Shown: positions 49,868 to 61,587, counted from the first letter of the whole stretch. The stretch: 63,574 nucleotides of DNA, filler included, from Octopus bimaculoides (GCF_001194135.2; 5 parts of 4 records of this genome joined end to end with filler, not necessarily neighbours in it); one strand, 5' to 3'. Program-made: numbers and translations. Notes: generated from the sequence alone by a model not told the origin.

Positions 49868-51039
49868 GGATCTTTTTTAAAACGGGGGCCACATTTTTCA
49901 TTAACGAAACACTTTGAAACTTGGAACACTGGTAGAATGTGTCATATAAAACATCTTTTTCTCTTAGTCTTCTTTAAAAAAAAAGAAATCCATAAGTTAT
50001 TCCATGTTAAAGTTGTCGTATTTCTGTAATTTCAACCAATCACTGACGTCCATTCAGCCAATATATATTAAGTGCCGACTACATAAACAAACGATTCTGA
50101 AACAATTAACCCTAACCCTAACCCTANNNNNNNNNNNNNNNNNNNNNNNNNNNNNNNNNNNNNNNNNNNNNNNNNNNNNNNNNNNNNNNNNNNNNNNNNN
50201 NNNNNNNNNNNNNNNNNNNNNNNNNNNNNNNNNNNNNNNNNNNNNNNNNNNNNNNNNNNNNNNNNNNNNNNNNNNNNNNNNNNNNNNNNNNNNNNNNNNN
50301 NNNNNNNNNNNNNNNNNNNNNNNNNNNNNNNNNNNNNNNNNNNNNNNNNNNNNNNNNNNNNNNNNNNNNNNNNNNNNNNNNNNNNNNNNNNNNNNNNNNN
50401 NNNNNNNNNNNNNNNNNNNNNNNNNNNNNNNNNNNNNNNNNNNNNNNNNNNNNNNNNNNNNNNNNNNNNNNNNNNNNNNNNNNNNNNNNNNNNNNNNNNN
50501 NNNNNNNNNNNNNNNNNNNNNNNNNNNNNNNTTTTTGTATTCAAATTTATTTCATGTAAAAAATTGTCTTATTTCGATAATTTCTACTAATCACTGATGT
50601 CTATTCAGTTGAAAACAGTTAGCGCTGTAACGGTGTATATCGTATTAATCCCCTAACCCTAACCCCAAAACTAACCCTAACTCTAGAATCCAAACTCTAA
50701 AATTGTTATACACATAGATACGCACAGCGTAATTTATTATATAAACAATATATGCATATAAATTACGATTAAACCGGATGAAATATGTCACAGGGAATAA
50801 CATTTTTATGACCGGCCAGCAGTAACTCTATTCAGCTGAATAGACGTCAGTGATTGGTTGAAATTACAGAAATACGACAACTTTAACATGAAATAACTTG
50901 CGATGTACGTTTTTTTTGTTAAGAAGACTAAGAGTTAAAGATGTTTTATATGACACATTCTACCAGTGTCCCAAGTTTCAAAGTGTTTTGTTAGTGTTTC
51001 GTTAAGAAAATACTGGTGCCCCCCTTTTGAAATAGATCC
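49868..51039. mobile_element. Foldback/MITE-like element with inverted arms of about 200 bp and internal (TAACCC)n
   Basis: 49868-50065 is the reverse complement of about 50836-51039 (GGATCT...AGATCC termini). TAACCC repeats occur at about 50107-50126 and 50651-50681. A second partial left arm lies at about 50545-50615. Confidence 0.85.
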
Positions 51040-51384
51040 GTCTACTCATCTGAAGAGCACTGAATGAGTGCTTCTGCAACCCTGTTACTTGGATGTGCTG
51101 CTGGGTAGGGTGAGAGGACTGAGATGATGTCTACTTCTAGCTACGCAAACACCTAAAACAATGATGCTAGCCACCACATCATACTCGCTTGCACGTGACA
51201 GCTAAGTTATTTGAATAATTTCCAACAACCTCATCAACTGAAGGAATGTAGATTGAAATGGTCTTCTCAGAAATATGAGATGCTTGCAGTAAAATAAGGA
51301 TTCATGTTTTATAAAAGTAGGTAGTTTCATGACCTACACACCTGATAAATTTTCTGACATCTATTATGTGAGAGTATTATAGTA

Positions 51385-51430
<46 letters not shown>

Positions 51431-51699
51431 AAAATTCAGAGATAGAAAGAATGAAGTAATCCAGTAGGTATTACCCTTAACTACATAAAAACACTGTTAT
51501 GAACGACAGAGTGGACATTTCATTTCAGGGGAAAATATTGAGGTATCTCTATCTCAAAATCTGTTATCAGCTCATCTGTTTGTAGTACCAAAAAATTAGC
51601 ATCCTGTGGAATATAAACCAGCTGATGAAATGTTTTGATCGGTTCAACGAGCTCATCCTTTTTTTTTTTTTTTTTTTTTTTTTACCCTACTCCTGCACT

Positions 51700-52900
51700 C
51701 TTTCTTTCTAATTCTAATTCATTCACACACTCTCTCGTTTTCTCTTTCTCTTCTCTCCGTCAATGACAAAAACATTCTCAGATTTTTGATTTTTCTCGTT
51801 TTCGTAAACTGTTTACCATCTCGTCTCTTCTCTCTTTCTCACGATATAATGTATACATCGACAACTACATAATTACTAAGTCACGTACAAAAGCGACACA
51901 GGCACACGTCTGTACACGCAATCATTTAAACAAGGGGAACACCCTCTTATAAACACACACATACATACATACACATGTACATACATTTAAGGAATTATAT
52001 AAAATACATATGCATACGCTTACTACACACACACTCCCAGTACATATAAGATTTTATAAGTAGCAACATGCACATAAGGTCGAAATAAAAGATGAAGGGT
52101 AGGGGAAGGAGTTGGAACCCTAACAGATAAACAAGGTTGAAAAGGTAAAAGAAGTATGATGTGAAGAATGTCGAGTAGGGAGGGGGTGTCGGTGAGGTAG
52201 CATCGGTGTTGGTGACGGTAGAATCTCTGGTTCTAGAGATGGTGGTCGTGTTTACAGAGTAGTAATAGCAGCGGCATTGACCGTGATACAGGTTGTAATA
52301 TGTATTGGAAGTGGTTAGTGGCAACGGTGGTGGTATTCACTGGTTGTAGAAGAATTGGTAAGAACCGGCGATGGGAGGGAGAAGTGTGAGCGCAGTCGGA
52401 GTTCAGGGAACAGCATCGGTGGTTTGAGGGGTGGGGTGATTTTCTTTTTTTTTTTTTAGCTCGAGAAATAATTAGTTGGTGTCATTTAACATACAGAATC
52501 AGGAATCCTCGTGTCAATCATACACACACAATCAAGAATTCTCACCAATCACACACATATACACAGAGTCAAGAATTCTCTTGTCAACCACACACACACG
52601 CTCAAAGTACGCGCACGCACAGCCAAGAAGAATTCTCTTGTCAATTACACACACACACACACACACAAACACTCACTCGAACACTTTCCTCAGGTGATGC
52701 TCACACCACCACAATCGGAACCAATAATAAAACGACACCAGATGAAGTAATGTCCTTCGTTCGCTGTTCTGGCGGCGACCGACGAAATAAACATAAATGG
52801 TGATGGTGGTAGTAGTGGCGGCGGTGGTGAACACGTAAGATTTGGTGGAGGCGACTACTGTAAAATTTCGTTTATTCCTAATAACTGACTTCCTGCCGTT
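51700..52900. promoter_or_regulatory. Candidate CpG-retaining promoter region
   Basis: Non-TE sequence with frequent CpG, pyrimidine tracts and a splice-bounded segment (52693-52834), lying between visibly CpG-poor regions. This is a visual estimate only. Confidence 0.3.
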
Positions 52901-53024
52901 TCTCAGTTTGTAGTAGTAGTCGTCGGGGTAGTAGAAGTGGTAGTTGTAGTGTTAGAAATGTTTTCTCTATTGCCATTACAACTCTAATGGGTTAAACCTT
53001 CATTATTATTATTAAGCAAAGCAA

Positions 53025-53215
53025 TAAAGATGGTAGAATCATTACTGCGTTGAACAAAATGCTTAACAGCATTTCTTCCGGCTCATTACGTTCTGAGTTC
53101 AAATCCCACCGAGAGCAACTGTACCGTTCATCCTTTCGGGGTCGATAAAATAAAGTACCAACCAAGTATTGGGGGGTCGATTTAAACGACTTAACTCCTC
53201 CCCTCAAAACTGCCT
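53025..53215 (+). mobile_element. SINE family A
   Basis: TTACGTTCTGAGTTCAAATCCC...CATCCTTTCGGGGTCGATAAAATAAAGTACC. Confidence 0.8.
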
Positions 53216-54069
53216 AAATCACAAACCATTATATTTGTCTCTTATGATGATGATGATGACGACAACGATGATACTGCATCAGCTGCTGTTACTGTTATCT
53301 TCTAGATAGTGTGGTTATGTTTGTTGGTTGATGTTGTATCGGTTGATCATCGTTAGACAATTTATTGATGATATATTGATTGTTGGTCGATACGGCTAGT
53401 GATTGATTGGCTGTTACGTGCTGTGGTTGTTATATCAGCTGTTATACAGTCGCTGCTGCTGCTGATATTGTGCTTCATAGTAACATCTGTTCTCTGGCGT
53501 ACAGTATGTTGTTATTTAACCCCAGTGTAGCTTTCACGAAGCACACCTAAGATGGAAGGAGCTCCGGTTGTGGTCACCCCCTCCTCTATATTCCGAGTAT
53601 CCAGGTGATTATCCGATGTGTCCTTCCCTTCTTAAAACAGTAGTTGTAATTTAAGGGCAATTTGACTGCTATTTCTAGCAAGTTAAAAGACCACATAGAA
53701 TGCTTCCCTGCTGTTGGTTCGTAGCGAGATCCATTGTTGTCAAAAATCAGGTGTGATGTTATTTAGGTCCGCTGTTGTTATGCTTCTAGGAATATTTTTT
53801 AACAGTGATGGTATTACATTAGTTGTTATGACTGTGTCTTAAAACTGATGTGAGGTTTCCAACAAGAATTTTTTTTTTATTATTATTATTCAGTTTGACA
53901 ATTTCGTACATAATAAAATGGTAGAGAGAAAGATTAATCACTCTCGACTTAACATTTCTTCTCTGTGAAGTTAATAACTATACCAGTAATATACTGATAC
54001 CAACTCAAATGACTACAAATCTTTCCAACATATGTTAGTCTGGTGTCAAGGTGAGAAAATTATTATCAT

Positions 54070-54745
54070 ACAAGGTGGTGAGCTGGCAAAATCATTTGCC
54101 TACTGGACAAATTACTTGATGGAATTTCGTTCCCTTTTAAGTTCTCAGTTCAAATTCCACCAAGGTCGACTTTGCTTTTCATACTTTCAGGGTGGCTAAA
54201 ATAAGGGCCGGTTGAGCATTGGAGTCATCACAATCGACTAGCTTTTCCCCTAAAACATTTCAGGCCTTGTACTTTTAATAGAAAGGGTTATTGTTCAAGG
54301 CAATGAGCTGGCAAAATTGTTAGTGCGTCAGACAAAATGGTTAGCGACATTTGTTCTGGCTTTTTATGTTCTGAGTTCAAAAGCTACCAAGCTCAACTTA
54401 GGTTGAGGATGATAAAGTACCTGTCAAGTAGTGGGTGGGGGTGGTCAATGTAAACGACTTCCCCTCCCTTCAGAATTGCTGGCTTTGTGGCAAGATTTGA
54501 TAGTTATTATCTTGGTTATACAAGGTGGCAAGCTGACAGAATTGTTACCATATTGGACAAAATCCTTAGTAGCATTTCTTCCAGCTCTTTATATTCTGAG
54601 TTCAAATCCGACCAAGGTTAATTTTGCCTTTCATCCATTTGGGAGTCAATAAAGAGAAAATGCACCAGTCTAGTACTGAGGGTTGATGTAATCATCTTGT
54701 CCCCGCCCCTAAATTTGCTGGCTTTGTGCCTATAGTAGAATTATT
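54070..54745 (+). mobile_element. Three head-to-tail copies of SINE family A
   Basis: Heads CAAGGTGGTGAGCTGGC (about 54070), CAAGGCAATGAGCTGGC (about 54296) and CAAGGTGGCAAGCTGAC (about 54521), each followed by the family body. Confidence 0.8.
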
Positions 54746-54994
54746 ATTATTTACTCTGAGGAAGAGAAGTAATGCATCAGTGGTGTATAGTGGTTGTTGT
54801 CATTGGGTGTGCTTCCACACTGACCATACTATGACTAACGTTAAAATTACTCAAATTAGGCATTCAAACTGTGCATTGCTATTCAAAATGCGGGATCCCA
54901 AATGTAAATAATGTAAACTTAATTCTATTGGGATACAGATATATGACACTAAAGTAAAAAAACTAAAATTCGATTATGTTGGTCACGAATGACC

Positions 54995-55342
54995 ATGGGT
55001 AAACCTAAAAGGTTCCCCTCCAGGATACAAGTCTGGACAGAAAGTCACCTCACTGGCAAACGCACAACCTAGGGTTGTTTTTATGGAAGACCAACAGTTA
55101 CCCATGCATGCCAGCCTTCCCTCTCCATGCTGCTGATGTTATCCAAGGGAAAGGCAAAGGCCAACACAACTTGGCATCAGTGACATCACAACTCATTTCT
55201 ACAGCTGAGTGAAATGGAGCAATGTGAAAATAAAGTGCCTTGCTCAAGAACACAACATGCACCCCGGTCTGGGAATCGAACTCACAACCTCATTATTGTA
55301 AGTTCAATGCTCTAACTACTCACTGAGTCATGCGTCTTCACA
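54995..55342 (-). mobile_element. SINE family B subfamily, CpG-decayed
   Basis: CAGCTGAGTGAAATGGAGCAA...CTTGCTCAAGAACACAAC...GGGAATCGAACTCAC; homologous to the copy at 1767. Confidence 0.8.
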
Positions 55343-55954
55343 CACTAAAGTAAACTGAATTAATAATACCCTATAAATCATAAGTATTCTAAAATAAGCC
55401 ATGATTTTTTTATGTGCACACACTGAAGAATAAGAAACCATATAATTTTACTTACTTAAATTAAATGCAAGTTCTGTTCTTCTTTGAGATGTAAAATGTT
55501 CAATAACCTCATCATACAATGAACTACTTTATTCTTAATTTTGAAAACAAATTAAGGTCAAAGTTATATGATGATATTGTAAGAAAAAAATTCTTGTAAA
55601 AAATTAGTTTTAGTTTAGGAATTTTAAACCACACAGTTCTAGTTTAGGAATTAATTGAAACATATTTCTTCCCACAAAACTGGAATTTAAGACATGTAGT
55701 TATTGTAAAAGGTTATTAAAGACAATGAAGCCTTGCGTTTATGGCAAACTTGAGCTGTGTTTTAAATGCAGTGGCATAGCTAATGTGTGTGTGCACCTCT
55801 TGAGGCAGCCTTTGAGTTTGCAGCACCAACCCCATAAAGCAGACCTAGAAATGCTACCTGGGGCAAACTGTCCTCATCACCTCACTTGCCAACTATTGTT
55901 TTAGATGTGTGTTGTTTCTTTATTCACACGAGTAAATGTTGCTTTGAGTCACTT

Positions 55955-56785
55955 CCAGAACTAGAGAAGTTACAGCTGTGGAAGCAAGGTCTTAGTAAGT
56001 AGGAAGTAAGGTCTTAGTAAGTAGGAAGGTGGACAAATCACAAATCCCTTCAGGTAGATGGCCCTGCTTGATCTGTAGAAAATGAGTAGGTAGAAACTCC
56101 AGGAGATTTTTAAGAGGTGCAGCAATATCAAAGGAAGGTTAACTGGGAAGATAGTTTTTTTGTGTGTGGCAGATGCACAGGTGTAATAAACATCAAAGAT
56201 GTACAGAAAACAGATTCCATCACACACCAGGGGAAAAAACTAGATGTAGTTGATAGCTTCTGTTACTTAGGTGATCAAGTCAGTAGCAAGGGTGGATGCT
56301 CTGAAAGCATAGCTGCTACAATAAGAATATCCTAGGCAAAGTTCAGAGAGCTCCTACCTCTGCTGGTAAGAAAGGGCCCCTCGCTCAGAGTGAAAGGTAG
56401 ACTGTATGATGCATGTGTGCGAACAGCCATGCTACACTGCTGAGGACATGCATAGGCTTGAAAGAAATGAAGCTATTATGTTCTGCTGGATGTGTAATGT
56501 CAGTGTTAGGACCCCTGAGAGAAAAGCTGGACATAAGAAGCATCAGATGTTGTGTGCAGGAGAGACGACTGTGCTGGTATGGTCATGTGTTGCGTATAGA
56601 TGAGGACAGCTGTGTGAAGAAGTGTCACACCCTAACAGTGGAGGGAACCTGTGGAAGAGGTAGACCCAAGAAGACATGGGATAAGATGGTGAAGCATGAC
56701 CTTCAAACGTTGGGCCTCAAAGAGGCAATGACAAGTGACGAAGACTTTTGGAGATATGCATGCTTAAGAAAAACCAGCAAGCCAA
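55955..56785 (+). mobile_element. RTE-clade LINE 3' portion, decayed
   Basis: LQLWKQGL, KVLVSRK, PSGRWPCLICRK, FVCGRC, VVDSFCYLGDQ, RVKGRLYDACVRTAML, RRLCWYGHVLR and GRGRPKKTW, with stops and deletions. Confidence 0.92.
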
Positions 56786-57040
56786 GTGAGATCATAGTTG
56801 TGGTGGATGCCAGTGTCACATAACTGGCCTGTTTAAAAGCACTCTTCAATTGTTGAGCAATATTCTGTGCTTGTGAAGACCTGCTGAGTGGAATTGTAGT
56901 AGTGGCCAATGCCAATGCCACCTGACTGGCCCCCATGCTGGTGGCATGTACAAAGCACTATTTGAGTGTGGCTGATGCTAGTGCTGCCTGACTGACACCC
57001 ATGTCAGTGGCACATAAAAAGAACCATTCGAGCATGACCA
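56786..57040 (+). repeat. Three imperfect units of about 70 bp at the RTE 3' end
   Basis: Recurring GTGG(T/C)(GG/CA/TG)ATGC(C/T)A(G/A)TG...ACTG(G/A)C...AAA(G)(C/A)AC units directly after the RTE ORF end. Confidence 0.6.
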
Positions 57041-57119
57041 ATGACTGAGCTGACAAAAAGCCCATCGGATTCAGTAGATTGAAACAGAAAGAAGTTTGTT
57101 GTGTGTATATGTGTGCGTG

Positions 57120-57310
57120 TATCATCATCATTTTAATGTCCATATTTCCATGCTTATATGGGTCAGACAAAATTTATTGGGGCTGATTTTTCTACAGCCA
57201 GATGCCCTTCCTCTTGCCAACCCCAACTCTTATTTGTTTTGAAGCAAGGTAATATTTTCCTATTGCCAGACATGTTGCCACAGAATATTGGAAATGAATG
57301 ACACGCATTT
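57120..57310 (+). mobile_element. RTE-tail-related repeat family D (other copies at about 45455-45625, 47938-48055, 59578-59690)
   Basis: (CAT)n then TTTCCATGCTT...GGGTCAGA...GATGCCCTTCC...GCCAACC, recurring four times. Confidence 0.7.
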
Positions 57311-57411
57311 ACAACAATCACATGATATCACAAGGAGACACAAACATTCATATATATGGACCTTATGGTTAGGAAGCTGACTTTAAACCACACAGCCACA
57401 CCAGTGCCCAT

Positions 57412-57442
<31 letters not shown>

Positions 57443-58162
57443 GGGCCTAAAACTACACACACACACATATATATATATATAGTTTTAGGTCCAAAATTAT
57501 AAACCTAAGATGATCAGTCTTAAAATGTAGTAATTCTTTTTCTTTACGTCCAGTGGCACCTATTAAATTTCCAAATGGATTTATGTGAAATTGTTGTAGA
57601 AGACAAGGCATGTCTTAGTTGGATAGTTGCATAAACTAACATCTGTTTTACCAATTGGGGTGGTTTAGATACCAATGAAGACTCACAGAGATTCAAAGGA
57701 CAATACACAGAAGTAGTTTTACATTGTCCTTCTCTCCAAGAGTAGATTTGTTTCAGTGCTGCAAACAAATGAAACAGTTATTAATTATTCACAGCATTCA
57801 GCTGTTTGAGAGTGAAGTGTACAAACATAGGATCTCTGTTCAAAGCTAAGTAAGTCTTTGAGAGTTAAGTATTTTTGTCAAGGACAGAGTGAAGCACTGA
57901 AACAGGATATGAAAAGCCAACTCTGTGATCAGAAGTTATGATTACGGAAGTGTACTCAACTAAATATCAAGTGTTCACAAACCTTCCCAGACATAAAGAA
58001 ATAATGAAATAATAAAAAAATATCAGCCTCTGTGTGTGTGTGTGTGTTTTTGCTTTTTTCTTGCTAGCAACTGATGGGAAACCAGTAAGGTGTGTTTAGT
58101 TAAATGTCATCATGGTGGTATAACAACTGGACATAAACATAAGGAAAAAAGAATGTTTAAAT

Positions 58163-58308
58163 CAGTCATGGGCAAACTGTAGCCTGTGGGACTTACTGAA
58201 TGGCACCCTAAATGAAAAATTACCTTGAATTCCTCTTTTAGAAGTGTGGTTCACCTGATGAACTGTATCTCATGCAACTCACTTCTCATAAAAGGATGCC
58301 CATTCTTA
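58163..58308. mobile_element. Short degenerate hAT-type MITE
   Basis: Left end CAGTCATGGGCAAACT, right end GGATGCCCATTCTTA; flanks GTTTAAAT / GTTTAAAA. Confidence 0.45.
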
Positions 58309-58371
58309 GTTTAAAACAACTGCAGTAAACAGTATAGCAATGCAAATTATGAACCAACAAAAGAGACTATA

Positions 58372-58415
58372 TGGTCAATCGACCTGCTAGAAATAACAGC
58401 CAAATCTCCCTTGAT
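58372..58415 (+). repeat. Short dispersed repeat family E (other copies at about 410-450, 12235-12290, 36300-36365, 53620-53715)
   Basis: TCGAC(C/T)TGCTAGAAA(T/C)A(A/G)CAG(C/T)CAAAT motif on both strands. Confidence 0.6.
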
Positions 58416-58909
58416 CATATCCTATCATTATCAGTAATAACAATACAGTAGATAATACAGTCCTACATGCTTCTAAAATTTTCATAAAACTCCCTCAGCT
58501 GACAAACTTTGACTTGATCAGTCTTGGAGTAAATCAACTCTGGGAGAATCAAGTACCAAGATGCAACTTTTCAACAATATCAGAACTGGATCTTATGCAA
58601 GGTCTTGCAATAGTAAAATTGACCTGTTATTCTATGAAAAACTTTAATCGAAAAGTGAACCAAAACAAATAATTGAGTTTATGAACTCTTTGATGCTAAC
58701 CATTATGCTAATTTAGTTGATAAATTGGTTACCTGATGAACCACTTAAAGCATGGTAAAACACATCAAAGAACAGGTGCCAAGCTTGTGCCAAACATTTT
58801 TTGAAAAGGGGTATAATCTCCATCTTGAAGGAAACTGGACCTTTAAGGTTCCTTAATGGTCCTCAGTCATTTTTTTCTTTTAGTATTTATTACTGATAAA
58901 GAGTTAAAA

Positions 58910-59060
58910 CTGAACTGGCAGAATTGTTAGCACATCAGAGAAAATGTTTAGTGACATTTCTTCTGGCACTTATCAATAAATTAAGTACCAGTTGAGCACT
59001 GAGGTCGACGTAATTGACTTATGCCATTAAAATCACTGGCCTTCTGCCAAAATTGTGAAA
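58910..59060 (+). mobile_element. SINE family A, internally deleted
   Basis: CTGGCAGAATTGTTAGCAC...AAGTACCAGTTGAGCACTGAGGTCGACGTAAT. Confidence 0.7.
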
Positions 59061-59124
59061 ACAATTATTGCTAAAGAGCATCTCTGGATATTCTTTACTT
59101 GCTATTGATAAAGAGTTGTTGTTT

Positions 59125-59505
59125 TGTTGGCACTCCGTCGCTTACGACGTCGAGGGTTCCAGTTGATCCGATCAACGGAACAGCCTGCTCATGAAATTAA
59201 CGTGCAAGTAGCTAAGCACTCCACAGACATGTGTACCCTTAACATAGTTCTCAGGGATATTCAGCGTGACACAGTGTGACAAAGCTGACCCTTTGAATTA
59301 CAGGCACAACAAAAACAGGAGGTAAGAGTGAGAGAAAGTTGTGGTGAAAGAGTACAGTAGGGTTTGCCACCATCCCCTACCGGAGCCTCATGGAGCTTTA
59401 GGTATTTTTGCTCAATAAACACTCACAACGCCCGGTCTGGGAATCGAAACCGCAATCCTATGACCACGAGTCCGCTGCCCTAACCACTGGGCCATTGAGC
59501 CTCCA
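59125..59505 (-). mobile_element. SINE family B variant
   Basis: Shares its 3' half with 1079-1250 and has a tRNA-like head CCCTAACCACTGGGCCA; the middle segment differs. Confidence 0.85.
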
Positions 59506-60088
59506 CTGATAGAGAGTAACAAGAGATATATTAATTATGACAGTGGAGCCTATCAGAGTCTCATAACCACTGCCACCACCATCATTTAATGACCACTTTC
59601 CATGCTTGCATGGGTCAGATGGAATTTGTTGAGGCAGATTTTCTATGGCTAGATGTTTTCCTGTTGCCAACCCACACCTGTTTAACAGTAAGCTAATACT
59701 TTTCCAAAGCTGGAAACAAACAAGGTTGACACTCCTAATTACTAAATTTTTAAATACTAGACTAAACCTTGAACCTTTGAAGATTTTAACTCAACAGAGA
59801 CTACATAAAGCTAAGATTAACTTCAATTCATTGCAGTTCAGTGATGGCTTAACTAACTGAAACTTTGAAGTCACTGTCAAAGATATTCTTGTTTAAGAAT
59901 AATATGTATATGTATGTATANNNNNNNNNNNNNNNNNNNNNNNNNNNNNNNNNNNNNNNNNNNNTTAATTAATTAANNNNNNNNNNNNNNNNNNNNNNNN
60001 NNNNNNNNNNNNNNNNNNNNCAAGAAAAGCTCTACTTTGTAATTTGTCCATTTTCTGTATTTAGCCCTGTGTGGCTATAATAAAAAGA

Positions 60089-60131
<43 letters not shown>

Positions 60132-60217
60132 TTACGTACTTCACTGGCTACTTACTAATGTACCTATGCATGTCTACTATGTAGGTAGTATTTGTGCTCT
60201 TGGGGTATCTCTGCTTT

Positions 60218-60815
60218 CTACGTGTATTTCCTATTTAGTACAGGTAACATTTCATTTATGAGGACGTACTCTTGTATTTGTCTAATCGATGGTCCTGTCG
60301 GGTGCTTGGACAAAATGCAGTTGTCAACTTGGCCCAGTGTGCCGCCATGTTGTTCTTTGGCATGTTGACAGATTATGGAAGACTGTTTCTTGTCACTATA
60401 TTCTCACTTGTGCACGTTCAGTCTCTCCGCTATACTCCTAGAGGTTTCCCCAATGTGTACCGTGTTTCTGTCCTTACACACTCTTTCTATGCACCTTAGG
60501 CTGTAGACCACGTTTCTAATTTTACAGTTAATACCATGGTTAATCCTACATACTATGCAGTTCTCATTAGTACATGTAGTATCTTCAAAGGGGTACGTCC
60601 TACATAACTGTGGTCTGATGGAGCTCCCTGGCTTTACAGTCATCTTAATGTTGAATTTGGTGTCCTTCAGAGCCTTCCTAAATCTACGGGCTATTTTCCC
60701 ATGGGGTATGACATCTACAAAAATTACACCCTGATATTTATCAACTCTGTACCATGTGTTCACTCTGTTTGTTTTGTCAGAAACCTTCTGTATACTATTC
60801 AGTTTTAACCTCCGT
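60218..60815 (-). mobile_element. Penelope-like element, thumb plus GIY-YIG endonuclease remnant
   Basis: One frame with an internal stop: RRLKLNSIQK...NTWYR...CIVCRINHGINCKIRNVVYSLRC...VHIGETSRSIAERLNVHK*EYSDKKQSSIICQHAKEQHGG...PSIRQIQEYVLINEMLPVLNRKYT*. Confidence 0.9.
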
Positions 60816-61054
60816 ATCTAGGTATCAATAACGGAGTGAGTCGACAATCATTGAGAAGGTTGCCAGCGTGTTGTGTTCTTCAGCAAAACACTTCGTTTCA
60901 TGTTATTCCAGGTCCTCTTTCGATCAGGAGGGATTGTTGGCCTGTTCGCCTAGCCAGTGGGGTGGCGTCATTTGAAGGCTAAAACAATGCAAACCCGAAT
61001 TGTGACCAGTGATGTGTGACAAAATCTGATAACCTGATCGGTCACGTGATCACG

Positions 61055-61119
<65 letters not shown>

Positions 61120-61513
61120 CATACACATTCACGAATACATACACCCAAATAATATACACATGTACTCAACTACGCAACGGACACACACGGTTAAACACAC
61201 CAACTCATAACTCATGTATACTAAGTTCACAACGCATACACAAGCACTGAAAGAAATACACGAATACATCCACACACATAATACCCCATAGTATAAAACC
61301 AGCACACATATGTCTTAATAACGATCTAACATACATATATACGTACACACAAGTATGCATGCATAAATACATACATAGATACACACACTAACACGTCTGT
61401 GGAACTCAGTTTACAGTGACCTCCCTTGCTGTCGTACTTATAAATCGTTTTTCATGCCATCCAATCTGTTTATCTACAACTGAAACAGACTGAAATGAAT
61501 TTCATCAATGTTG

Positions 61514-61587
<74 letters not shown>

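Noticed and set aside
50107-50681. True telomere or chromosome end
   Set aside because: There are only a few TAACCC units, internal to inverted arms, with ordinary sequence on both sides.
51046-51075. CTGAAGA-GCAC-loop-GTGC hammerhead candidate (similar cases at about 25028 and 36207)
   Set aside because: There is no GAAA after stem II, so these are simple hairpins only.
51522-51660. Minus-strand frame DELVEPIKTFHQLVYIPQDANFLVLQTDELITDFEIEIPQYFPLK
   Set aside because: It looks protein-like but is preceded by poly(A) with an in-frame TAA, and has no ATG or splice acceptor. No family was recognised.
52493-52660. Heat-shock elements
   Set aside because: AGAATTCT has GAA and TTC adjacent, not the nGAAnnTTCn spacing.
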